A DNA stretch of 64,000 bases from an uncultured candidatus Porisulfidus sp. (GCA_965116025.1 OZ220480.1:1792001-1856000); one strand, 5' to 3'. Positions 41,075-50,340 are shown, numbered from the stretch's first letter. Translations and numbers: made by a program. Notes: generated by a model not told the origin, from the sequence alone.

Positions 41075-42406
41075 CCCAGTTTCAACTTTCAAGTGCAACA
41101 GCATTGTAACCCGGTGGAGAGCGGCGAGAGCGGCAGGATGACGAAGAGGATCGGGGGAAGGCGGCGAGGGTCGGTCGCCGGACGGGAAGAACGGCAGGAT
41201 GGGGGAGAGGGTCGGGGGAAGCCGGCGACAGTCGGCCGCGTTCCGTCCGGGGAAGGCCGGCCTTCCCCGGACGAATCATCGCCGCGCCAACCTGCCCCCT
41301 CGAATTTACAAAAGCCGGGACATCTCCTCTCGCCAGGCCCGAACCACCTCCGAATCCGCTCCGAAAAACGCCTCGTTCGGCGTGCGCCATCCCAAGCGGC
41401 GCCGAGGCCGGTTGTTCAGGCGGTCCTCCACCGCCCGCGCCTCCTCCTCCGAGATCGTGTCGAACCGCCGCGACTTCGGGAAATACTGCCGGATCAGCCC
41501 ATTCGCGTTCTCGTTGCTCCCGCGCTGCCAAGAGGAATACGGATCCGCGAAGTAAAACTCCGCGCCCAGGAGGCGCGCCACCCGCCGGTGATCCGCGAAC
41601 TCGGTTCCATTGTCCGAGGTCAAGGTCAGAACCCGGTCCTTCAACGGCGCCAGCATGCCGATGATCGCGTCCGCCACCGCGCGCGCCGAGCGCCGGGGCA
41701 ACCGCTTGAAACGCACCAGCCGCGACTTGCGCTCGAGCAGCGACGCCAGAACCCCGCTGCCCCGCCGTCCGATCACCGTGTCCGCTTCCCAGTCTCCCAG
41801 CCGCGAGCGCGTCTCCACCACCTCCGGACGCTCCTGGATCGGCACCCGCCCCGGAATGCGCGACCGGCCCTTCCCGCGCCCATACCGCCGGCGCCGACGG
41901 TGGCCTTGCCGCAAATACAGATACAGGTCGCCGCCCCGCCGCCGATCCGCCCATACCCAGCGGTAGATGAGCTCGTGGCTCACCTTCGCCAAGCCCTCCT
42001 TGTCCAGCCACGCGCTGATCTGCTGCGGGCTCCAGCCCTGCTTCAGCAGCTTCTTGACCCGCCTCCACACCGCCGGCGAGACCCGCCGCCGAGCCCGCTT
42101 CTGGCGGCGCTCTTTCGCCTTTCGGCACGCCAGCTCGGCCCGGTATCGTCCGCTCCGAGCGTCGGCGTTCCGCTTCAGCTCGCGGCACACCGTGCCGCGG
42201 TCGACGCCGATCCTTCGCGCCACCTCCGCCTGGCTCATGTCGAGGCCCCGCAGCGCCTCGATCTGGTAACGTTGGGTCTCGGTGAGTTGCGTGTAACTTC
42301 TCATAAGCGCCTCTCTCGGGGGCGGTTTTTGACAATGAGACCTTACCGCGACTCATCGCCTCCACCGCCATTCTTCGGAGTGTTGCACTTGAAAGTTGAA
42401 ACTGGG
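41075..42406 (-). mobile_element. IS30-family insertion sequence (1332 bp)
   Basis: Perfect 26-bp IRs CCCAGTTTCAACTTTCAAGTGCAACA (41075-41100 and 42381-42406); GAT direct repeat on both flanks (41072-74, 42407-09). Confidence 0.93.
41306..42304 (-). CDS. IS30-family DDE transposase
   Basis: N-terminal HTH, SHELIYRWV, GDWEADTV, SDNGTEF, WQRGSNENANGLIRQYFPK. Confidence 0.96.
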   Translation of the reverse strand: MRSYTQLTETQRYQIEALRGLDMSQAEVARRIGVDRGTVCRELKRNADARSGRYRAELACRKAKERRQKRARRRVSPAVWRRVKKLLKQGWSPQQISAWLDKEGLAKVSHELIYRWVWADRRRGGDLYLYLRQGHRRRRRYGRGKGRSRIPGRVPIQERPEVVETRSRLGDWEADTVIGRRGSGVLASLLERKSRLVRFKRLPRRSARAVADAIIGMLAPLKDRVLTLTSDNGTEFADHRRVARLLGAEFYFADPYSSWQRGSNENANGLIRQYFPKSRRFDTISEEEARAVEDRLNNRPRRRLGWRTPNEAFFGADSEVVRAWREEMSRLL

Positions 42407-42446
42407 GATGTTATATTTTTCCAGAATGAGGCGAATCGGATCTGGA

Positions 42447-42569
42447 TCAATGACGTTTCTCTCTCGCCAACGTCAATCGCTTTTTCCTTCGGAGCTCCAG
42501 CAATCTGGAAATCGCCATAACGGACAGGATAACCCATGAAACGAAGAGTTTCCGATCTTCCTCACTCAT
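42447..42569 (-). CDS. Small 40-aa ORF (hydrophobic core, basic tail)
   Basis: MSEEDRKLFVSWVILSVMAISRLLELRRKKRLTLAREKRH; start overlaps the upstream stop (ATGAGTGA) with a purine-rich SD-like run. Confidence 0.4.
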   Translation of the reverse strand: MSEEDRKLFVSWVILSVMAISRLLELRRKKRLTLAREKRH

Positions 42570-42735
42570 CCTCTTCCTCAATCATGTCTTGATAATCCAG
42601 GTATCCGGCGACGATCCACGCGAGAACCGTAGACGCATAGAGAGTCAAGACGACCATGGCCGCCTCCGGGTAATATTCCAGAAGCAACAGGGGTGGCAAG
42701 GCGAAAGCGCATGCGAGCAATATCAGATAGCGCAT
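42562..42735 (-). CDS. Small 57-aa two-TM membrane protein with acidic tail
   Basis: MRYLILLACAFALPPLLLLEYYPEAAMVVLTLYASTVLAWIVAGYLDYQDMIEEEDE; GGAGG 8 nt upstream. Confidence 0.55.
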   Translation of the reverse strand: MRYLILLACAFALPPLLLLEYYPEAAMVVLTLYASTVLAWIVAGYLDYQDMIEEEDE

Positions 42736-43071
42736 AGTTCATACCTCCATGCGGTGGTTATTCAAGGATTGAGGACCAAGAAGCCGTTCTTCGAAGTGAA
42801 AAGCTTGAAATGCGCGCCTGCCGGAGGCGGAAACGATGCCACGATAAGCCCTTCCAGCCATGCAGGCGATATCAACTGATCGGTGGTTTTGAATAATGGT
42901 TCAGACTTCGTGAGCTGGAAACCTCCCGGCTGATTTCCTCGCTCATGCCTCGGGAGGATTCTCAAGGCGCGCCAGCCCGGAATTCCAGATTAGCGAAGCG
43001 TTCAAGGATTCGTAATTTCACTGGTATATGCGACGTTCTTCCATAAAGCAATCTTTTTTGAGTGCACAAGC

Positions 43072-43100
43072 ATTTTACCAAATGCGCTTTCATTTGTCAA
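43072..43100 (-). promoter_or_regulatory. Near-consensus sigma70 promoter
   Basis: TTGACA-17 nt-TAAAAT with TG extension, pointing toward the small ORFs, IS30 and recJ. Confidence 0.75.
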
Positions 43101-43593
43101 GTCCTCTTACGCGTCGGAAATCTCTTTTGCTCGGCCCGAATCCCTTGGAGCATGAAAGATCGGATGACGCAAGCGGGCACTTCTGGAGTGGCTAATTAAA
43201 GCCTGACGAAACGGCGCTCTGGCATCGTGCTTCTTGGGTTCGCCACGCATGTCCACCCATGCTCTTGATTTGGGCGTTTGGACATGAGAGATGGTCTTGA
43301 CTGATCTCCCATAACCCCCGACGGCTGTTCTCGGACACCGCCTCCGTGTTGGCTTGACAGTGGACGTTGGCCTATTTCAACCAAAGCGAACTGAATATTG
43401 TGGAGATACATGCAAGGAAGCGCTGGTAACGCGTTTCCGAAGCGAATCCCGCGACTGGTCAAGACGAGAGAGCGTCCTCTTGATCCGAGCGTGACCAGCG
43501 AACCCCCGCGCGAGCACGAGCTTTCAGCAGGAAAAACCTTCGAAAGGCTTGATTTCGGATGGAACGATCATGTCGCATCTTCGCATCTCGCGC

Positions 43594-46500
43594 TCACCAT
43601 TGGAAGGAGGCGCGCAGGGCGATCCGGCTCTCGTCGCCGGTCTCCGCCTCCAGCGCCAGCGCCAGCGTCTCGCCACGGCGGTAGCGCGTCCCCAATCGCA
43701 GCAGCGCCAACCCGGACTCCTCCACCGACAGCCCCGCGTACGGCGTCGCCAGCCCCGCCCACGGCCCCGACAGCCCCTGACCCACCTCCGCCTCCAGCCG
43801 CGTCCGCGCCTCCGCCTCCCCCAGCCTCGCCGACGACCCCTCCCGCGCGAACAGCCGCGCCAGCCCGCTCCCCGCGTCGCCCCGACCCAGCGACAGCCGC
43901 AGCGACGGACCCCGACCGCTCGCCTCCGGCGTCACCGACATCCGCGCGCTCGCGCTCCACTCGTCGCGATCCGCCTCGTGCGCCACCAGCGCCCGCGTCC
44001 GAAACTCCACCGACATCCGGCCCGTCCCATCCAAGTACGACACGCTCGCCCCCAGCTCCGCCCCCGCCCCGTCCGTCGCGTCGCCCCCGTCGTAGCGCGC
44101 CCCCGCCTCCAGCGCCGGCGTCAGCCTGCCCCCGTCCTCCAACATCCGCTCCCGCGACCCCTCCAGCGCCAGCCGAACGCGGCTCGCGTCCACCGACAGC
44201 CCCTCCAGCCCGTCCTCCGCGTCCGTCCGCGCCCGCGCCAGCGAGCTCTCCCCCCGCAGCGCCAATCGCAGAACGTCTCCTCCCGCGCCCGAGCGCTCCG
44301 ACAGCGTCCGCCAGCCCCCCGCCGACGCGCTCCGCGTCCGCAAGTCCGCCTCCCGCGTCGCCTGACCGTCCTCCCGCACCCGAACCTTCCCGCGCCCGTA
44401 GCTCGCGCTCGCCCACAAGCTCGACCCGTCCTCCAAAAGCCACGCCACATACGGGCGCACCGACGCCAGCCGCGTCTCGTGCCGCCCCCGAACCCCGTCC
44501 GCCTCCGTGTCCAGATCGCCCTCCGCGTAGGACGCCGCCACCCCCGCCAGAACGTCCGGGCGCGCCCGGAAGTCCACCCCGGCGTGCGCCGACCACACCT
44601 CCCCGTCCCAGGACACCCCGTCCTCCGACCCGTCCAGCGACGACAGCGCCCCGCGAACCCAGACCGACGCCACCCGGCTCCCGTCCGCCCCGGTCAATCC
44701 CGTCGCCAGCGCCGTCCCGGACAACGCCGCCCGCCAGTCCAGCCCGTCCGCGCCCGCCCCCGACGCCAGCGCCGCGCCCAGGTCCAGCGCCTCCGGCTCC
44801 ACCCCCGACGCCGCGAGCTCGATCCGCCGCGCGATCACCCCGGTCGCCTGCGCCACCGCCGCCGCCAGCGCCTGCGGCAGCGCCGCCGCGTTCACCCGGC
44901 TCGCCCGCTCCGCCGCCCCCAGCCGGTCGCTCACTATCCCGTCCGCCAGAGCGTCCGCCCCCACCGCGTAGCCCGTCCCCGCCAGCAGCTCGACCCGGTA
45001 CGCCTCCTCCCCCTCCGACCCCTGATCCCCTGCCGTCGGGATCAGCACGATCCCCGCCATCCCCGCCTCCGCCCCGAAGTCCGCCTGGAAGTCCCGCGGG
45101 CCCAGCCCGCCCTCGATGTCCTCCGCGTCGAAGCCGCTCTCCTCCCGCGCCGATAAATTCAGGCGAACCGTCAGCATGCCCGTCACCGCCTTGTCCGACG
45201 CCACCGTCAGCCGGATCGCCTCCCCCTCCGCCGTCACCGACGGGTCCGCCGATAATTGCAGGATCGGCGTCGTCTCCGACACCGACACCGACACGTCCGA
45301 CAGCGTCGCGTCGTCGTAGCCCCCGCCCGCGGTCGCGTGCGTCAGCGTCACCGCCGCCTCCGCCTCCGCGTCCTCGTCCGCCGCCGCCGACACCGTCACC
45401 GTCACCGGAACGTTCCAAGTCGCCGTCGTGAACGTCAGGCTCGATGGCGCCGCCGACACGTCCCCCGACGCCCCGCCCACCGTCACCGTCACGCTCGCCG
45501 ACGGCTTCGTGTGCAGAACCACCGTGTACGAGCCGCTCCCGCCCTCCACGACCGTCAGCTCCGTCGGCGCCACCGTCCCCCCCGGATCGTCCTCCTTCAC
45601 CGACACCTCCACCGTCCCGACCGACACCGAGCCGTAGCCCCTGCTCGTCGCCACATGCGTCAGCCGCGTCGGCGGGTCCGTCATCGTGTCGTCGTTCTCC
45701 TCCACCGCCTCCACCGTCACCGTCTGGGCCGTCGACCAGTCCGCCGTCGTGAACGTCAGACTCGACGGCGTCGCCGTCACCTCCGCCGTCGTCCCGCCCA
45801 CCGACACCGTCACCGCCGCCAACGGCTTCGAGCTCAGAACCACCGTGTACGAGCCGCTATCCCCCTCCTCCAGCTCCAGCTCCATCGGCTTGAGGGTCAC
45901 TCCCGGCAGCGGCATCGGCGTCGCCTTCACCTGGTCCGACCACGACGACTGCACCCCGGGACGGACCGCGGCGAACAGGCGAAACGTGTATTTCGTGCCG
46001 TTCGTCAAACCCGTCACCTTGACGCTCGTCCGGCTCCCGCCCGTGAGCGTCGTGGTCGTGCTCCAGCCGCCCGAACTCTTGTACTGGTAACCCCAGCTCG
46101 TTATCGGAATGCCCGACAAGGCGTTCCAGCTCAGGGTGGCCGAGGCGTCGCTCCCCGCCGCCGTCAGAACCGGCTTGGGAACAGTATTCGTCGGCGTCGC
46201 CTTCACCTGGTCCGACCACACCGACTGCGCGCCGCTGCCGGTGCGGGCGAACAGGCGGAACGTGTATTTCGTGCCGACCGTCAGACCCGACACCCTGACG
46301 CTCGTCACGCTCCCGCCCGTGATCGTCGTGGTCCTGCTCCAGGAGCCGCCATCCGGCTTGTACTGGTAGCCCCAGATCGCGACCGTCACGCCCGACAAGG
46401 CGCTCCAGCTCAGGGTGACCGAGGCGTAACCCGCTTCGGCGCTCAGCTCCGGCTTGGGAACCGCCGCCGACGCCGACGGCGTCGCCTCCACCACCGCCGA

Positions 46501-47361
46501 CTGCCGCCCGTTGCCGCCACTGTTCCGCGCCCGAATGCGGAAGCGGTACTCCACATCGTTGTCCAGACCCGTCACCGTGTGCCGCACGGTGGCCGCGCCC
46601 GAACCGGAAATGGCGGTCCAGCCGCCCCAGGCGGCGCCGCCCTTCTTCTGCCGCAGCTGATACCGCGTGATCGAATCGTCGTCTGGATCGGTCCACGACA
46701 GCGTCACCCGCGCGTCGCCCGCCTCCGCCAACAACCCCGTCGGCGCCGCGGGTTTGGCGGCGCTGTCGTCGTCGTCCACGATGGTCAGGGTGAGCCTGCC
46801 GGAGGTCCAGCCGGTCTCGTAACCAAGCAGCTTGATGGTCTCGTTCGGCTCGTCCCGCGCGTCGCCGAGGATACGCACTTTCATCGTGCCCTGGGTCTCG
46901 CCTTCGGCGATCGAGACCGTGACGCTGGCCGGATAGCACCAGTCGGTATCCGCCGGGATCAGCGGCGCCGCGCAGGGGTCGCGCCCCTTGCTGGAGCCCT
47001 TGGCCGTGCCAGAGGGGAAGTCAGAAGTAACGGTAATCGAAAAGCCCGCCGGCGCCGCCTCGCCGAGCGTGACGGTGACCGTCACGTCCGTCGAGCCGGT
47101 ATCCCCCTCGGTGATCGAGGTCGACGACGCCGAAAGGGTGATGGTTTTGGCGGCGCGGGCGTTTTCGGGCGCGGCGAGCGCCACCAGCGCGAAGAAGACG
47201 CAGGCGAGTCCCGCCGTCAGGCGGCGGGCGACTCTCCCGAGGCCACCCACAGCCTCAGCCCCGCCCCCATATGAGGGGGGGGGGGGGGGGGGGGGCGATA
47301 AGCGAAGCCGGCGCGCTAACGGCGCTTCCCCGCGACGAGGTTCCGGCGGCGCGCCATCCAT
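43594..47361 (-). CDS. Autotransporter-type adhesin with Calx-beta-like and fibronectin type III repeats
   Basis: Signal-like ..FFALVALAAPENARA; Calx-beta-like EGDTG..GDARDEPNET; three FN3 units (VTLSW...YRFRIRA/YTFRLFA); C-terminal beta-barrel ending in W. Start uncertain (see findings). Confidence 0.85.
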   Translation of the reverse strand: MDGAPPEPRRGEAPLARRLRLSPPPPPPPSYGGGAEAVGGLGRVARRLTAGLACVFFALVALAAPENARAAKTITLSASSTSITEGDTGSTDVTVTVTLGEAAPAGFSITVTSDFPSGTAKGSSKGRDPCAAPLIPADTDWCYPASVTVSIAEGETQGTMKVRILGDARDEPNETIKLLGYETGWTSGRLTLTIVDDDDSAAKPAAPTGLLAEAGDARVTLSWTDPDDDSITRYQLRQKKGGAAWGGWTAISGSGAATVRHTVTGLDNDVEYRFRIRARNSGGNGRQSAVVEATPSASAAVPKPELSAEAGYASVTLSWSALSGVTVAIWGYQYKPDGGSWSRTTTITGGSVTSVRVSGLTVGTKYTFRLFARTGSGAQSVWSDQVKATPTNTVPKPVLTAAGSDASATLSWNALSGIPITSWGYQYKSSGGWSTTTTLTGGSRTSVKVTGLTNGTKYTFRLFAAVRPGVQSSWSDQVKATPMPLPGVTLKPMELELEEGDSGSYTVVLSSKPLAAVTVSVGGTTAEVTATPSSLTFTTADWSTAQTVTVEAVEENDDTMTDPPTRLTHVATSRGYGSVSVGTVEVSVKEDDPGGTVAPTELTVVEGGSGSYTVVLHTKPSASVTVTVGGASGDVSAAPSSLTFTTATWNVPVTVTVSAAADEDAEAEAAVTLTHATAGGGYDDATLSDVSVSVSETTPILQLSADPSVTAEGEAIRLTVASDKAVTGMLTVRLNLSAREESGFDAEDIEGGLGPRDFQADFGAEAGMAGIVLIPTAGDQGSEGEEAYRVELLAGTGYAVGADALADGIVSDRLGAAERASRVNAAALPQALAAAVAQATGVIARRIELAASGVEPEALDLGAALASGAGADGLDWRAALSGTALATGLTGADGSRVASVWVRGALSSLDGSEDGVSWDGEVWSAHAGVDFRARPDVLAGVAASYAEGDLDTEADGVRGRHETRLASVRPYVAWLLEDGSSLWASASYGRGKVRVREDGQATREADLRTRSASAGGWRTLSERSGAGGDVLRLALRGESSLARARTDAEDGLEGLSVDASRVRLALEGSRERMLEDGGRLTPALEAGARYDGGDATDGAGAELGASVSYLDGTGRMSVEFRTRALVAHEADRDEWSASARMSVTPEASGRGPSLRLSLGRGDAGSGLARLFAREGSSARLGEAEARTRLEAEVGQGLSGPWAGLATPYAGLSVEESGLALLRLGTRYRRGETLALALEAETGDESRIALRASFQW
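45916..46458 (-). repeat. Tandem duplication of an FN3-coding unit (46192-46458 and 45916-46179)
   Basis: Both encode PKP.L.A....S.TLSW.ALSG...WGYQYK...GTKYTFRLFA...WSDQVKATP; GTCGCCTTCACCTGGTCCGACCAC is identical in both. Confidence 0.85.
47275..47295. repeat. G21 (C21 on coding strand) homopolymer at the 5' end of the autotransporter
   Basis: 21 consecutive G; no comparable tract seen elsewhere in the window. Confidence 0.9.
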
Positions 47362-47435
47362 TCGTCATCATGCTCATGGCTCCCTGTTCGTCATTGACTT
47401 CCGGCGCCAAACGCCAGCGGCGGTCTCGCCGGCGA

Positions 47436-47444
47436 ATTGTAGCA
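47436..47444 (-). promoter_or_regulatory. Extended -10 element upstream of the autotransporter
   Basis: TGcTACAAT about 60 nt upstream of the candidate starts. Confidence 0.45.
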
Positions 47445-47587
47445 GAATAAGCATACTCACCATCTACTAGCGATCTCGCGCCCAGCCAGCTCCTAGAAAA
47501 AACAGATAGACGAATGGCCTCTCCGGGGCTGGACGAAATCCTTGAAACTGGCCCCTCCTTGCTAAAATTTTGATCGGACTCTCGTTC

Positions 47588-49000
47588 ATGACCGAAAAAA
47601 TCCTGTTTCTGACCGGGCGGCTCGCCGAGCGTAGCCTGAATCGCGTGTTGGAAACCATGCAACCAACGGATTTCGCGTATGAGGTTCGCCAACTCGGCGC
47701 GAGCGTAGCCGCGCTGATGACTCCCAAGCTGATCGAGAAGCGCCTTGATCTACCGCCAGACATCGACCGCGTCATGCTTCCCGGACGGATGCGGGGGGAT
47801 CTGGAAGCGCTGGAAGCCAAGTTTGGAGTTCCATTCGAACGTGGACCTGACGAGCTCAAGGATCTGCCGACTCACTTCGGCCGGGTCACGACGGAGGAAG
47901 ACCTGTCTCGATACGACGTCCAGATCTTCGCTGAAATCACCGAGGCGCCCAACCTCAGCATGGACGCCATCCTGGCCCAAGCCCGCCACTATCAGGAGGA
48001 GGGCGCCGACATCATCGATATCGGTTGCTTGCCAGGAATCGAATTTCCGCACTTGGCCGATACCGTGAAAACGTTGAAGCGGGAAGACTTTTTGGTTAGC
48101 GTGGATTCGCTGGAGACGGAAAACCTGATTCTTGGTGGACAAGCCGGAGCGGATTTCCTTCTCAGTCTGCAGTCGGACAGTCTATGGGTCGCTGACGAGG
48201 TCGATTCCATTCCCGTGCTCATCGGAAACAGCAATACGGATCTCGAGTCGCTCTGCGCGTGCGTCGATCATTTCCTAGAGAAGGACCGACCTTTCATCGC
48301 CGATCCGATCCTAGACCCCATTCACTTCGGATGCGCCGATTCGATCGCTCGTTATGTCGAGCTTCGCCGCCGCTATCCGGACATTGAGATCCTGATGGGA
48401 GTCGGCAACCTGACCGAGCTGACTCACGCGGACACGGCCGGCATGAACGCTTTGCTGTTCGGACTGATTTCCGAGCTGAGCATCCGATACACCCTGACCA
48501 CGCAGGTCAGCGAGCATTGCCGCACGTCATTGCGCGAAGCGGACCGCGCCCGAAGAATCATGCGGGTGGCGGCCAAGCACGGAATCCCCCCAAAAGGCAT
48601 AGACGACCAGTTGATGATGCTGCACGAGCGACACCCTTATCCGTACAACCCGGAGGAGATCGCCGAGTTCGCCGCTCAGGTCAAAGACCGGAATTTCCGG
48701 ATCCGAGTCGCCGAGGACGGCGTTCACTTGTACAATCGGGATGGGGAGATCGTTCATACGGACCCGCTCGATTTTTACGAGGACTTGGACTTGGACGACG
48801 ACCCCGGCCACCTGTACTATTTGGGCATCGAGCTGACGCGAGCCCAAATCGCGTGGCAACTCGGGAAACGCTACGAGCAAGACGAAGAGTTCCTCTGGGG
48901 GTGCGCCGTGCGGGCGTCTTCCAAAGATTTGTCAGAATTTCGGGGAGTCGGCCCGACTCGCCAAAAGCGCAAGGAAAAAATGAAACACCGGAAATCCTGA
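47588..49000 (+). CDS. Dihydropteroate synthase-like protein (DUF6513 type; H4MPT biosynthesis orf20-like)
   Basis: ILFLTGRLAE N-terminus, GADIIDIGC, SVDS, DPILDPIHFG, MGVGNLTELT.AD, H.YYLGIEL..A.IA..LGKRY.QD. Confidence 0.82.
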   Translation: MTEKILFLTGRLAERSLNRVLETMQPTDFAYEVRQLGASVAALMTPKLIEKRLDLPPDIDRVMLPGRMRGDLEALEAKFGVPFERGPDELKDLPTHFGRVTTEEDLSRYDVQIFAEITEAPNLSMDAILAQARHYQEEGADIIDIGCLPGIEFPHLADTVKTLKREDFLVSVDSLETENLILGGQAGADFLLSLQSDSLWVADEVDSIPVLIGNSNTDLESLCACVDHFLEKDRPFIADPILDPIHFGCADSIARYVELRRRYPDIEILMGVGNLTELTHADTAGMNALLFGLISELSIRYTLTTQVSEHCRTSLREADRARRIMRVAAKHGIPPKGIDDQLMMLHERHPYPYNPEEIAEFAAQVKDRNFRIRVAEDGVHLYNRDGEIVHTDPLDFYEDLDLDDDPGHLYYLGIELTRAQIAWQLGKRYEQDEEFLWGCAVRASSKDLSEFRGVGPTRQKRKEKMKHRKS

Positions 49001-49575
49001 TGCCGAAAATCCTGGAAAGCGTCGTGACGACGCGCGACGCCAGCGACCGGACGCATATCGCGCCAATGGGCGTGCGCGTCCTTGACCGAAGGCTTTTGCT
49101 CAAGCCATTTCGCCCTTCGCGCACTCTGGAAAATCTCCAGCGAGAAGGTTGCGCGGTGGTGAATCGCCCGGATGACATCCGCGTGTATGCCGGGTGCCTG
49201 ACGGACCGCCGCGAGTGGCCCGTCACCAGTGCCGAGATCGTTCCCTGCCAGCGACTGGCGAGCTGCCTGTCTCACGCGGAAGTGGAAGTGGAGCGTTTTG
49301 ACGACGACCCGACGCGCCCCACCTTCACCTGCAAGGTCGTGCACGAGGTCGCTCACGCCCCATTTCAGGGCTACAACCGGGCGCAGGCGGCCGTTATCGA
49401 GCTAGCGATCCTGGTCAGCCGCCTGGACCGGCTGCCAAGCGAGAAAATCCATAACGAAATCGAGTACCTTGAGATCGCGATCCAGAAAACAGCCGGAGAA
49501 ACGGAACTGGAAGCGTGGCGTTGGCTGATGGAGAAAGTCCGCGAGCACGCCGCCCGCGAGGAGGCCAAATCATGA
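49000..49575 (+). CDS. DUF447-family protein
   Basis: ESVVTT, HIAPMG, PFRPSRTLENL, GYNRAQAAVIELAILVSRL. Confidence 0.8.
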   Translation: MPKILESVVTTRDASDRTHIAPMGVRVLDRRLLLKPFRPSRTLENLQREGCAVVNRPDDIRVYAGCLTDRREWPVTSAEIVPCQRLASCLSHAEVEVERFDDDPTRPTFTCKVVHEVAHAPFQGYNRAQAAVIELAILVSRLDRLPSEKIHNEIEYLEIAIQKTAGETELEAWRWLMEKVREHAAREEAKS

Positions 49576-50312
49576 CTTATATTCTAGGAAGCGTCCGCGA
49601 CCCGAGAGAAGCGGAGCTGCTCCTCCAAACCTCCATCAGGATTTTGGATCTTAAAGATCCGGACCGAGGGGCGCTGGGCGCGGCGGACCCCGCGATAGCG
49701 CGTCAGATCGTGACGCGGGTCCGTGGGCGAAGAAGAGTCAGCGCGGCCGCCGGTTCGGCGGAAGACGACGACGCGCTGGGGCAGGCGCGCCGATTGTCCA
49801 CGGAAGGCGTCGACTTCGTCAAGATAGGATTCTCTCTCCAGTCCCAGCAAGCCCTGCTCCCTGAGTTTCGAGCCGCGATCAAGGCTCCAGTTCAAGCGGT
49901 CGCGGTGCTGTTCGCGGATCGCCCGGATATCGCCCCCATGCGGTGGATCGAGCCCGCCCGCGCGGCGGGTTTTTCCGGGTTGATGCTGGACACCGCTGAC
50001 AAGCGTTCCGGCTCGCTGGGCCGGCATCTGGATCTAGCCCGAGCGACGGACTGGGTACAAGCCACCCGGAAGGCGGGATTGCTGTGCGGGCTCGCGGGCC
50101 AGTTGGATTCCCGGACTGCCCGGCATTTCCTCCCCGCCCGTCCGGACTATTTGGGTTTTCGAGGAGCCTTGTGCGACCGCGCCGTCAGAACTGGACCGAT
50201 TTGCCTACGAACGACTCTCGCGTTGCTGGAGGATCTGCGCAAGTCCGGCGTGGAGATACCTTCTCCCACGCCCGGCGCGCGCCAGGACCCGATTTTCGAG
50301 CGCGCGTCGTGA
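49572..50312 (+). CDS. mfnB: (5-formylfuran-3-yl)methyl phosphate synthase-like (DUF556)
   Basis: LGSV...EA, DLKDP.RGALGA, DFVKIG, VLFAD, MLDTADK, GLAGQL, LGFRGALC. Confidence 0.82.
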   Translation: MTYILGSVRDPREAELLLQTSIRILDLKDPDRGALGAADPAIARQIVTRVRGRRRVSAAAGSAEDDDALGQARRLSTEGVDFVKIGFSLQSQQALLPEFRAAIKAPVQAVAVLFADRPDIAPMRWIEPARAAGFSGLMLDTADKRSGSLGRHLDLARATDWVQATRKAGLLCGLAGQLDSRTARHFLPARPDYLGFRGALCDRAVRTGPICLRTTLALLEDLRKSGVEIPSPTPGARQDPIFERAS

Positions 50313-50340
50313 GCGTCACCGACAACGAATTCGATTTCGA

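Noticed and set aside
41047-41100. Hybrid promoter from the IS30 IR TTGAAA plus native TAAAAT
   Set aside because: The nearest spacing is about 27 nt, far from 16-18.
41082-42520. 429-aa and 475-aa ORFs overlapping the IS30
   Set aside because: Alternative or antisense frames of the GC-rich transposase gene.
43398-47274. Long Pro/Arg/Gly-rich ORFs overlapping the autotransporter (43398-45431, 43549-45156, 43568-45418, 45256-47274)
   Set aside because: Shadow frames caused by extreme GC content; low complexity and no domains.
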